In this document: positions 47,974 to 56,290 of the stretch, piece after piece
How positions within the stretch are numbered: position 1 is the stretch's first letter
How the letters are laid out: each line of letters opens with the position of its first letter
From: a virus
Lineage: Duplodnaviria > Caudoviricetes
Virus record (IMG/VR): IMGVR_UViG_3300020469_003527
Span: 1-56,290 of that record
Direction: 5' to 3' (one strand)
Length of the DNA: 56,290 nucleotides
Notes under the pieces: generated by a model
The model's input: the letters and a program-made list of their open reading frames with translations, nothing else
What the model was told of the DNA's origin: nothing
Database searches by the model: none
Position numbers and translations under genes: made by a program

Positions 47974-49179
47974 CTATTCAGTACTAGCTACGGCAGACTC
48001 TTCAGTAGAAGTTTCTTCAACATCAACACCAGCATCTATTTTGGTGTAGAGGTCAAAGAAAGATTCTTTAGTCTCTTCATCAAATCTATTGATACAATAT
48101 TTAATCGAATCTACTTTTGAAAACATAATTGATGCCTCAACAATATGAATCAATCTTCTAGTAGAAATAATCTCATCAACTCCACCTTCTTTGTAAGTCT
48201 TACGAATAATATTTGCCCACTTGATAAGATTAGTTGCCCACTCAGTATCTTGTATATTAAGAGACTCCATTTTCTTAATGATAATTTTCATTTCTGTTTT
48301 TTCATTAGCGTACTCTTGCTCAACAGTAATTGGAAATCTCTCTAGAAAAGCATCATCAAGAATTGTTGCGGCCATGTACTTACCACTATCATCACCTTTA
48401 CCTTTAGTATTTGCGGTAGCAACAACATTAAAACCTTGCACTGGCTCAACATACTCTCCAGTTTTTTTGATGATTACTCCTTTACCTTCCATAACACCTT
48501 GAATACATAAAAGAGCATTAGAGCCTCTATCTATCTCATCAAGAATAAGAACAGCACCAGACTTCATTGCTTGTACTACAGGGCCATCAAACCATTTTGT
48601 TTCGCCGTTAATCAATCTGAAACCTCCTAACAAATCATCTTCATCAGTTTCTTTTGAAATATTTACACGAATGCACTCACGTTTGGTTTTGGCACATGAT
48701 TGTTCTACCATAAATGTTTTACCATTACCTGAAAGACCTGAAACAAATACAGGATAAAATATTTTACTTGCAATCAGTTTTGTCATACTCTCAGAAAATC
48801 CAAATGGAACATATAAAGAATCTACTGTAGGAATAATATCACGCTCTACATGAGATACAGAACTGATAACAGCTTTACTAACAGGCTTAATGTCAACTAC
48901 TTGTGCCATAGCGTTTAGACTGTCATTCGACTGTGCAGGCTCATTTACATCATTCAAAACGCTTGAGTAATTATAAGTTCCTCTAGAAACTTTAAACTCT
49001 TTAGACGTTAACTTGTTATAGTCTGGCCAAGGAATTCTAAGGGAAGTAGGAGTTCTACCATCACGAAAAGTTTCCATGATTTGTTTGTTAGTGACAACAT
49101 CACCATACTTTGTTACTAACTCATTTACTTGGTCAAGATTCACATATTTGGCTACATTCATAATATAATTTCTCCTCAA
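47974..49179 (-). CDS. cobS: CobS-like MoxR AAA+ ATPase
   Basis: GLSGNGKT, LILDEID, ATANTKGKG, AFLERF, ISTRRL. Confidence 0.9.
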   Translation of the reverse strand: MRRNYIMNVAKYVNLDQVNELVTKYGDVVTNKQIMETFRDGRTPTSLRIPWPDYNKLTSKEFKVSRGTYNYSSVLNDVNEPAQSNDSLNAMAQVVDIKPVSKAVISSVSHVERDIIPTVDSLYVPFGFSESMTKLIASKIFYPVFVSGLSGNGKTFMVEQSCAKTKRECIRVNISKETDEDDLLGGFRLINGETKWFDGPVVQAMKSGAVLILDEIDRGSNALLCIQGVMEGKGVIIKKTGEYVEPVQGFNVVATANTKGKGDDSGKYMAATILDDAFLERFPITVEQEYANEKTEMKIIIKKMESLNIQDTEWATNLIKWANIIRKTYKEGGVDEIISTRRLIHIVEASIMFSKVDSIKYCINRFDEETKESFFDLYTKIDAGVDVEETSTEESAVASTE

Positions 49180-49211
49180 AAATAAAATAATATAATTAAC
49201 TACTTAAAAAC

Positions 49212-49239
49212 AGTATATCAAACTGACTGAGAATGTCAA
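49212..49239 (-). promoter_or_regulatory. Sigma70-type early promoter
   Basis: Minus strand TTGACA-N16-TATACT with extended -10 TG. Confidence 0.7.
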
Positions 49240-49254
49240 CAGAAAATGTAGCAA

Positions 49255-51591
49255 TTAAGCTACATTTTCTATTATTTTTGATAAAAATACTCTGTTAGTT
49301 AATCTTCCCTTATTCATCTTTTTGAACGCTGAAGTAATTTTTCTAATAGAATCTTCAGAACTAACTAACTCATCAAGGCTATCATTCTCTAAATTCAAAG
49401 CAGTAGTAGGAATTATGATTACTTCATCATATCCAAAATTATATACTGAAGTTTGTTTTTTTGCTCTAAACTCTTTAATTGGGTCTACATCAGAGCCATA
49501 AGTATAAACTTTAATACCATGTCTTCTAAAACAATTTTCTATCTCATATGCTTTATTAGGAATGATAAAGAAGTTGATGATTGTAGAATTTGTTCTATCT
49601 CTTAATCTATCAACAATTGTAGGAGTTATACCTTTCTCATGAGTCTTGTATATCTTGCCAGACTTACTATCTTTAATGTATGAAACATTTTTTCCGATAG
49701 AAGGTTGAATACATTCTTGACTTCTCTCGTAGTTGGTTTCTGCATCATAGATAAAAGCATAATCAGAATCGTGACCATCACTAACAAATAGAGTAGTATG
49801 CTTTTCAATTCTGTTATCAGTCTTAAACTTGTTAATCATCTTAACAGCACCACCTATAAGTATGTTTAATGGAGTGCCTCCTAATGAGAAGTTCCAATAC
49901 CAGTTGTTATAGTAGCGATGCTTATCAAAAACTGAATGAACGCTAACACTATTTCTGTTGATTAGTTTGTTATAGTTAAGAGATAAATGAGCAACATCTA
50001 ATAAATCATCAGTCATTTTTCTATATTGAGTGTTTGTCATTTTACTAGACAAAATATTCATCATAAAAATATTACTCATATCATCTCTAAACTGTAGGTC
50101 ATTATCTTTATACTTAAGACCAGATTTGTTTGCCATTTCATTTCTATCAATATTAAACTCTGCATCTAGTTTTCCATTTCCAGTAGTGAAAGTATGTACT
50201 TCAAAAGGTATACTTACTTTTCTTAAGAAGTGTGTAACTGTAACTAATTGCTCAATCGTAGGCTTAATTAAATCATGCATGGAGCCAGATAAATCTAGAA
50301 ACAAAGTAACGCCATGATTTTTTCCCTCAGGCGTAATTCCAATTTTACGAAAAATATCATCATTGAATTTGTAGCTATGTAACTTATTAGGATTGATAGA
50401 ACCTGTATTAGCTACTTGTGTTCTTTTATATTCTGCCGCCTTTTTCCTCATCTCAAATTCTTTTACAAGATAATTGATGGCAGACTTATTTTCCTTTTCA
50501 AATCTTAGTAATGTATTTTCGTTAGAATATCTTTTCTTAACATCATAGTACTCATCTCTAAGAAGTTTAACTTTTTTCCAAGGTATAATCATGCTACTAA
50601 TATCATACTCAGGAAATACAGCGTTTGTTATTTCTTTGTCGCTTGTAGCATCAACTAGAGATTGTGAAAAAGAAGTATCAGTATGAGATACTACTTCGCT
50701 ATGGTCATAGCCTTTACTATATGATGTTTCTTGAGTTTGCTCAACATCTTCTTCAATATCATCATTTGAATTAGATATGCTACTGGAAGAAGTATCTTCA
50801 GTTTGCTCATCGGAACTTTCGTCAGACTCATCAGAATTTTCATCAGACTCCTCAGAGTCATCAAAACTTTCAGTAGACTCATCAGAACCTTTACCTTCTA
50901 ACTGATTATCATCTCCATCTTCATCTTCATCTTCAAAGTCTAAATCATCATCAGCCATTTGTTGAGCAAGTTCTTCTTCTTTTTGCTCTTGCTCTTTTTT
51001 ACAGTAATCATAAATTTCTTGAGATAAAGAAATAACTTCATCTTCATTACATACTGAAACACGGTCAACAAAAACTTGCTCTTCATCAGTAAAGTTTACG
51101 TTGAAGTTAATTCCTAATTTAAATCTAAGATTGATTCTATCAATTAAAAGAAAGTCGTTAGGATTTTTTCCATTGAGTTTAAAAAAATCTCTATCCATAA
51201 AATCTTGATAACCTTTTATCATTACTTTAGCGAGACCTGGATAATCTTCTTTTATTAATCTTTCTATTCTTGCATCTTCAACAACATTAACAAAACTTTT
51301 TATCTTAGAATCAACATATGTGTACTTATTATTGTCAATGTGAGATGGGTCGAATGACCATGTAGTAGGAGTATATTTTGCATGAGAACTTTCATGACCT
51401 CCTAAAGTATCTTCCATAGCAGGAGTCATATCATCAAACTCAGGCATAGTAATTGTTCTAGTCTTTATATTGAATGAAGCAGTATCAACTTTTTTACGAA
51501 CTACGTTAATATTCTCTTCAGAAAATAATTTATAAAGAATGTTTTTTTGCTCTAAATTCATATTGTTTTTTCTCTCGTTTGTTGTTGTCAT
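49255..51591 (-). CDS. CobT-like HExxH metallopeptidase + VWA protein
   Basis: GHESSH, NVVEDARIE, long acidic linker, MIDAS DLSGS, GGTPL, VSDG. Confidence 0.85.
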   Translation of the reverse strand: MTTTNERKNNMNLEQKNILYKLFSEENINVVRKKVDTASFNIKTRTITMPEFDDMTPAMEDTLGGHESSHAKYTPTTWSFDPSHIDNNKYTYVDSKIKSFVNVVEDARIERLIKEDYPGLAKVMIKGYQDFMDRDFFKLNGKNPNDFLLIDRINLRFKLGINFNVNFTDEEQVFVDRVSVCNEDEVISLSQEIYDYCKKEQEQKEEELAQQMADDDLDFEDEDEDGDDNQLEGKGSDESTESFDDSEESDENSDESDESSDEQTEDTSSSSISNSNDDIEEDVEQTQETSYSKGYDHSEVVSHTDTSFSQSLVDATSDKEITNAVFPEYDISSMIIPWKKVKLLRDEYYDVKKRYSNENTLLRFEKENKSAINYLVKEFEMRKKAAEYKRTQVANTGSINPNKLHSYKFNDDIFRKIGITPEGKNHGVTLFLDLSGSMHDLIKPTIEQLVTVTHFLRKVSIPFEVHTFTTGNGKLDAEFNIDRNEMANKSGLKYKDNDLQFRDDMSNIFMMNILSSKMTNTQYRKMTDDLLDVAHLSLNYNKLINRNSVSVHSVFDKHRYYNNWYWNFSLGGTPLNILIGGAVKMINKFKTDNRIEKHTTLFVSDGHDSDYAFIYDAETNYERSQECIQPSIGKNVSYIKDSKSGKIYKTHEKGITPTIVDRLRDRTNSTIINFFIIPNKAYEIENCFRRHGIKVYTYGSDVDPIKEFRAKKQTSVYNFGYDEVIIIPTTALNLENDSLDELVSSEDSIRKITSAFKKMNKGRLTNRVFLSKIIENVA

Positions 51592-51599
51592 ATAGATAT

Positions 51600-51629
51600 A
51601 TTATCATAGCTAGACATAAATGCAACAAC
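51600..51629 (-). promoter_or_regulatory. Putative sigma70-type promoter, near-leaderless
   Basis: Minus strand TTGTTG-N17-GATAAT about 8 nt before ATG 51591. Confidence 0.4.
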
Positions 51630-51656
51630 TTTTTTACAATATGTGTAAAAACAACA

Positions 51657-52163
51657 CTATTTTTTAAGTTTTCTCTTTAAAATCATACGTTTTCGTAAAC
51701 CTCTTTCACTTTCAAACTTATGAGCAACATTTGTAAAGACTTGGCCTTTCAGATGGTCATACTCATGCAATACTACTCTAGCAGTCATTCCTGTAAAAGT
51801 ATTTGTCATTGTATTTCCATTCTCATCTTCATATCTAATCTTAACAGCATCAGGTCTTTTTACTTTTAAAAACAACAAAGGAAAACTTAAACAACCTTCT
51901 TGCATTGAAACTTTGTTTTCAGATATGTCTACAATTCTAGGATTAAAAAATGCACATGGAGTTTCATCTTCAACTCTTACAACAAATACTTTATATGATA
52001 GACCTACTTGATTAGCTGACAGACCTAATCCTTTATTATGAATCATAGTCTCATTTAAATCTTTAGCTAATTCTATTGGGTCAGTTTGAGGATTTTCAAA
52101 ATTAAAATCTTCACACTCTTTAAATAATATTGAATTTGTTTCTTTCACTAAATTTAATTTCAT
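51657..52163 (-). CDS. def: Peptide deformylase
   Basis: GLGLSANQVG, EGCLS, HEYDH. Confidence 0.96.
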   Translation of the reverse strand: MKLNLVKETNSILFKECEDFNFENPQTDPIELAKDLNETMIHNKGLGLSANQVGLSYKVFVVRVEDETPCAFFNPRIVDISENKVSMQEGCLSFPLLFLKVKRPDAVKIRYEDENGNTMTNTFTGMTARVVLHEYDHLKGQVFTNVAHKFESERGLRKRMILKRKLKK

Positions 52164-52177
52164 AATATACCTTTTAT

Positions 52178-52771
52178 CTATTTACCAATTTTAGCATTTA
52201 CTTTTCTATGTTTATTCCACGCAACAAAACCTGCCAATCTTAAAGAGTAATATGCTAAGTAGTTCATTAAAAAGAATCCATTTATTTCTATGTTAATATC
52301 TCTAAAAATTTCATCTGCTTTTTTTTGAGATACAATTCCCATTGTATCTTTTTTATTTGCTTTTAGCAACGTCTGATATTTGTAAGCATAATCATGTATT
52401 AAACCTCCTATCAAAAGAACTCCTACAGGAGATAAAAAGGTATGTAAAAATTTAGGTATACTTGCTCCATCAAATTTAAAGCCTGCTGGTATTACATATC
52501 TTCTACCTTTTAGTGTGTAAGTAAAATCTTTCACTACTTCCCAATGTCTAACGCCAAATATCCACATGAGAATCATTTTAAAAAATCCTTTACCTTTCGT
52601 TTTTATAGGTATAGGTTTCATGTGCGGAAAAACTGTATATTTAAAATTTATTCTATTATCTATTTTTTTATCAAATAGATTAACTAAAAATCCTATTGCA
52701 ATTAAAACAATTAAAACTGTCCATTGCCAGAAGTCTACAGCTAAAGATATTATAAATTCATTTATTTCCAT
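52178..52771 (-). CDS. DUF1353-family membrane-anchored protein
   Basis: IPAGFKFDGASIP, LIHDYAY, ADEIF. Confidence 0.8.
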   Translation of the reverse strand: MEINEFIISLAVDFWQWTVLIVLIAIGFLVNLFDKKIDNRINFKYTVFPHMKPIPIKTKGKGFFKMILMWIFGVRHWEVVKDFTYTLKGRRYVIPAGFKFDGASIPKFLHTFLSPVGVLLIGGLIHDYAYKYQTLLKANKKDTMGIVSQKKADEIFRDINIEINGFFLMNYLAYYSLRLAGFVAWNKHRKVNAKIGK

Positions 52772-53171
52772 CTATCATCTTTCTATTTTTTAAATGTTGT
52801 TCTTGTATATCTTCTTTTGACTGACCATAATATTTTACTGCATGATGTTTTTCTACCATCATCTCATTCAGAGATTGATTATTACAGCTAGATAATATAA
52901 AATCTCCTAACACTCTTCCATATTTACCAACTCCATCTTTCATAGTTTTTAAAACTTGACTACTTTCTATTGGCATCATTTCTAATACAAAATTTTTAGA
53001 TGCAAGACCGTATTTTTTTTCTTCTTTATCGCTTGTTCTAGATTCAGGTGCATCTATTCCATACAAACGCACTCTTTCTTTTTTTATCCATATTCCAAAC
53101 CCAAGGTCAATATCTACATCTACTGTATCGCCGTCAACAACTTTAACTATTTTACAATTATATTCATACAT
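52758..53171 (-). CDS. Thermonuclease (SNase-like)
   Basis: VDGDT, RVRLYGIDAPE, GKYGR. Confidence 0.88.
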   Translation of the reverse strand: MYEYNCKIVKVVDGDTVDVDIDLGFGIWIKKERVRLYGIDAPESRTSDKEEKKYGLASKNFVLEMMPIESSQVLKTMKDGVGKYGRVLGDFILSSCNNQSLNEMMVEKHHAVKYYGQSKEDIQEQHLKNRKMIDGNK

Positions 53172-53175
53172 ATTT

Positions 53176-53478
53176 TTACTTTGCGTCCTTTAGATACTCA
53201 GCTAAATTTTCTATATCAGTATCACTTAAAGGTTTAGCCATCATTATCATTAGTGCTGAGTTAGGTCCTATTTCTTTTCCACTCCGATAAGTTTTTAATT
53301 TATCAATAGTGTATTCTACTGAATTTCCAGATACTTTAGGATAACTTGCCATACCCATTCCAGCTGGACCATGACATTGTTTACAATTCATTTTAAATTT
53401 AGATTCACCTAATTTAGAATTTCCTGCCATTACAAAATTTGAAAAACAAAGTAATACTATTAACAATAATTTTTTCAT
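53176..53478 (-). CDS. Monoheme class I cytochrome c (c553/c4-like)
   Basis: Signal peptide, CKQCH, YPKVSG, distal Met region, LSDTDI; start moved to 53478 behind AAGGAG. Confidence 0.92.
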   Translation of the reverse strand: MKKLLLIVLLCFSNFVMAGNSKLGESKFKMNCKQCHGPAGMGMASYPKVSGNSVEYTIDKLKTYRSGKEIGPNSALMIMMAKPLSDTDIENLAEYLKDAK

Positions 53479-53488
53479 TATATCTCCT

Positions 53489-53914
53489 TTAACCGTATGC
53501 AAAACTTGAACCACAACCACAAGTAGATGTTGCTTGTGGGTTACGAATTACAAAAGTTGACCCCTGTAAATCATCTTTATAATCTATTTCAGCACCCATT
53601 ACATATTGATAACTCATTGCATCAACTACTACATTTGCACCATGTTGATTAACCTTTGTATCATCATCTTCAAGTTTTTCAGCAAATGCAAATCCATATT
53701 GAAATCCAGAACAACCGCCACCTTGAACAAATATTCTTAAGCCAGTCGCATCTTTCTCTTCACTTATCAAAGACTTTATCTTTTTAGCGGCCTCTTTTGT
53801 TACATGAAACGGATCTGGTGCTTTATCAGTTGTACTTGCATCGGCAAAATCTATCAACGCATCAGCATCAGACCTCTCTTCTTTTTTCTTTCTTGATAAT
53901 AATTTACTAAACAT
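53489..53914 (-). CDS. erpA: A-type Fe-S carrier ErpA with N-terminal extension
   Basis: [23 protein letters not shown]. Confidence 0.9.
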   Translation of the reverse strand: MFSKLLSRKKKEERSDADALIDFADASTTDKAPDPFHVTKEAAKKIKSLISEEKDATGLRIFVQGGGCSGFQYGFAFAEKLEDDDTKVNQHGANVVVDAMSYQYVMGAEIDYKDDLQGSTFVIRNPQATSTCGCGSSFAYG

Positions 53915-54315
53915 TATAAAATCTCCTGTTTAACTTCAATCTTTTTTTTCTTGTAATTATCTATTGCAGACCTAACGGCATCTTCAGCTAATATACTACA
54001 ATGTATTTTTACAGGAGGTAAACACAACTCTTTAGCTATCTCTGTATTTTTTATCTCCTCTGCGTGTTCTATGCTTCTACCTTTAATCCATTCTGTAACT
54101 AAACTACTACTTGCAATAGCACTACCACAACCATAAGTTTTAAACTTAGCATCTTCTATGATGCCTTCATCACTAACTTTAATTTGTAATTTCATTACAT
54201 CACCACATGCTGGAGCCCCAACCATTCCAGTTCCAACATTAGGGTCGCTCTTATCCATTGACCCTACATTTCTAGGGTTTTCATAATGGTCTATAACTTT
54301 ATCGCTGTAAGCCAT
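53914..54315 (-). CDS. iscU: Fe-S scaffold IscU
   Basis: [33 protein letters not shown]. Confidence 0.97.
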   Translation of the reverse strand: MAYSDKVIDHYENPRNVGSMDKSDPNVGTGMVGAPACGDVMKLQIKVSDEGIIEDAKFKTYGCGSAIASSSLVTEWIKGRSIEHAEEIKNTEIAKELCLPPVKIHCSILAEDAVRSAIDNYKKKKIEVKQEIL

Positions 54316-54316
54316 A

Positions 54317-54631
54317 TTATCTCCTTAAAACATTCATTACTGAAGGGCACCCGAATCCAGGTCCTACGTTATTGTTTTCAACACGATATTCTCTTTTACG
54401 GGTTTTAGGATTAAATTTTAGAGGACATCTGTATATACAATTAAATCCTCCGTCACTTCTTCTTTTTCTTTCTGTTATATAACAGTTTATAGAATCTTTA
54501 CGAGCCTTTTCTCTTTCTGCTTTAGCTTTTCTTTCTTGTCGTTTAGCTTCTACTGGGTCTATTCCTCTAGGAGGTGGAACAGCACTTGTGGAAAAACTAA
54601 ACAAAAGTAGTAATAATAATATCTTTTTCAT
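54317..54631 (-). CDS. Secreted Cys-containing hypothetical protein
   Basis: Signal peptide; C...CIYRC...CP. Confidence 0.6.
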   Translation of the reverse strand: MKKILLLLLLFSFSTSAVPPPRGIDPVEAKRQERKAKAEREKARKDSINCYITERKRRSDGGFNCIYRCPLKFNPKTRKREYRVENNNVGPGFGCPSVMNVLRR

Positions 54632-54636
54632 ATTAC

Positions 54637-54643
54637 TATTTAG
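54637..54643 (-). promoter_or_regulatory. Possible late-type promoter
   Basis: Minus strand CTAAATA 5 nt before ATG 54631, variant of the T4 late consensus. Confidence 0.35.
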
Positions 54644-54649
54644 CTTTTA

Positions 54650-55426
54650 TTAAGCTACGTTCCAAATTAATGCTCCCTTTTTACCTCTTGCTTTTACAAA
54701 CTCCCAGACTTTAGCATCATAATAAGGCTCTGAAGAATAAGGAGGCATTTTATCCTCACTAACTACTTTATCGTAAGCGTAAGGAGATTTTATAACTTCA
54801 GCCCTACCTTTCTCATAGTCACTCATTTTATGACCAATTTGTACTGCATAAGCTGGTACATTCGGAAATGCTAGTTGTAGACCTCTATTTAAAGTACCGC
54901 TAGATGCTACTGTCCAAATCTCTGTAGGTTCTACCGAAAGACTTCTTGCGACTTTTATAATAGACCCTAAAACTGTAGGGTGTTCAAGACCAAGAGGTAA
55001 TACTTTACGATTCGTTGTGTCTTCTTCGTAATATCTTTTTGCTTTTGCTTTTGTGACATTTAACATTCCGTTTGCCACCCAATGTATTTCACCATTCATG
55101 TCTAAAACTTTTTGTTGATGCCATGTTGGAGTTTTTCTTTTTGCCATAAAAAAAGTTGCTTTTTTATTATATTTGTTACAAACATAAGTTAAAGAAATAG
55201 GTCCCCAACCAACTTTATTTGCTCCTCCGAAAACCCATTCATTACCTTCAGTTTTTATAAGATAATCTATAAATCTTATCTTACTTCCATATTCCAACAT
55301 ATCATCACGCACAACAAAAAATCCATTATGATTTTCAATAATTGGAGTAGGATTAGGGTCATTCCAATCGCTAACTGTACTTAAATAATATTCAGCCGAT
55401 AAGAGACTCATGCAAACTCCTGTCAA
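54650..55426 (-). CDS. PLP-dependent enzyme, fold type II
   Basis: VRDD...GSKIR (PLP Lys), VASSGTL, YDAKVW, WNVA. Confidence 0.8.
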   Translation of the reverse strand: MTGVCMSLLSAEYYLSTVSDWNDPNPTPIIENHNGFFVVRDDMLEYGSKIRFIDYLIKTEGNEWVFGGANKVGWGPISLTYVCNKYNKKATFFMAKRKTPTWHQQKVLDMNGEIHWVANGMLNVTKAKAKRYYEEDTTNRKVLPLGLEHPTVLGSIIKVARSLSVEPTEIWTVASSGTLNRGLQLAFPNVPAYAVQIGHKMSDYEKGRAEVIKSPYAYDKVVSEDKMPPYSSEPYYDAKVWEFVKARGKKGALIWNVA

Positions 55427-56290
55427 CTATTACATCAACCACTAAATGAATTCGTTCTTCACTTCCTTTGTTTATAGCTTGATGTGGTTTTCTTGTATCA
55501 AGAAACCACACTTCTCCTTTAGACATATGAATTTTTTGAGGAACACCTTTAGTATTCCATACTGTAAAATTTGCTTCAAGATTTGTTTTTATAGGTAAAT
55601 GTATTCGTGCTAACTTACCTAAAGACCCTCCTGAATCGGGGTCAACTTGGTCTGTATGTCTTTCAAGTTCTCCGCCGTTTGTTTTTAATTTCATAAATCT
55701 AACACGATGTATTTTATTTCCTAAACTATTACAAAAACTTTTTACTTCTGGAAAATATTCATATAGAGAAGTATCTTGCATTTCAAAATTTTCTTTTCTA
55801 TGTTCTTCTTTCCATTTTTTATTCATCTCTATGGGTTTAGTAATAAAAGATGGATCGTCAGTATATCCTCTAAGAGACAATGCAGACCAAGAATTATCTT
55901 TATTGTAGTTGCTGTAGTGATTTGTAAACTCTGGTAAAGTTTTAAGTTTATCGTGAATACTTTCTACTATATTGATATCAACATCTTTTATTTTTTTTAT
56001 ACTCAATTCTTCAGCGGCATCTACAACATTAAATTTTCTAGGAGTTCCTTTGTAATAAATTGTAAAAATTTCTCCATAAGTTGTAATTTTTGCTCCAACT
56101 CTAATAAAACTCAATTCTTCCGCAAGTTTAATATGCTGTTCATTTTCTGCCCATACATACAGCCAAGTATCTTGAGGAATTTTTTCTATTTCATTTTTTA
56201 AAGAATTTATATTACCTGACAATTTACCGACAGTAACATCTCCTTTTTTCTTTTCAGCTATTACAACATTACTATACATTGTAATTTTAG
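55392..56290 (-). CDS. Asp/Asn beta-hydroxylase-type 2OG-Fe(II) dioxygenase, 5' end beyond window
   Basis: RHTD (HxD), RIHLP, DTRKPH, RIHLVVD; frame stays open to 56290. Confidence 0.8.
   Translation of the reverse strand, partial: KITMYSNVVIAEKKKGDVTVGKLSGNINSLKNEIEKIPQDTWLYVWAENEQHIKLAEELSFIRVGAKITTYGEIFTIYYKGTPRKFNVVDAAEELSIKKIKDVDINIVESIHDKLKTLPEFTNHYSNYNKDNSWSALSLRGYTDDPSFITKPIEMNKKWKEEHRKENFEMQDTSLYEYFPEVKSFCNSLGNKIHRVRFMKLKTNGGELERHTDQVDPDSGGSLGKLARIHLPIKTNLEANFTVWNTKGVPQKIHMSKGEVWFLDTRKPHQAINKGSEERIHLVVDVIVDRSLHESLIG

Noticed and set aside
50720-51000. Low-complexity tca/tct-rich stretch as a DNA repeat element
   Set aside because: Encodes the Asp/Glu/Ser linker of the CobT-like protein
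47974-51591. Cobalamin biosynthesis
   Set aside because: No CobN or other cob genes; generic MoxR/VWA pair
3169-56201. Numerous short plus-strand and nested ORFs in the track (e.g. 3169, 25984, 29676, 42801, 48221, 23589 minus)
   Set aside because: They shadow well-supported genes on the opposite strand or another frame and have no motifs
1-56290. Stop-codon reassignment, tRNA or rRNA genes
   Set aside because: TAA, TAG and TGA all end conserved genes at expected lengths; intergenic gaps are short and no cloverleaf was seen by eye (tRNAscan not run)

Overview
AT-rich segment of a large T4-like (Tevenvirinae/Kyanoviridae-type architecture) myovirus genome, almost entirely minus-strand. It holds the T4 core replication block (gp45-44-62-regA-hsp20-43-uvsX-41, gp61 primase, thyX, nrdA/nrdB, RNase H, PhoH, CobS/CobT-like pair) and a lysis set (GH19 endolysin, i-/o-spanins). 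It is rich in auxiliary genes: an intact NAD-dependent formate dehydrogenase, IscU, ErpA, cytochrome c, peptide deformylase, an RfbH + TPP carboligase + SDR branched dideoxysugar cluster with several glycosyltransferases, a Mu Mom-like acyltransferase between nrdA and nrdB, and NrdA with an internal glutaredoxin. The most striking unannotated structure is a late-promoter-driven cluster (26.4-35.8 kb) of Lys-rich proteins built as strings of short modules joined by a recurring EEV(E/D)LDE linker. The linker matches T4 gp21 prohead-protease specificity and is also repeated at DNA level, suggesting shufflable capsid-cargo polyproteins. IscU and ErpA look proteobacterial, so the host is probably an aquatic proteobacterium (inference). 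No tRNA, rRNA or CRISPR array was seen. All family calls come from motif recognition, not database searches.
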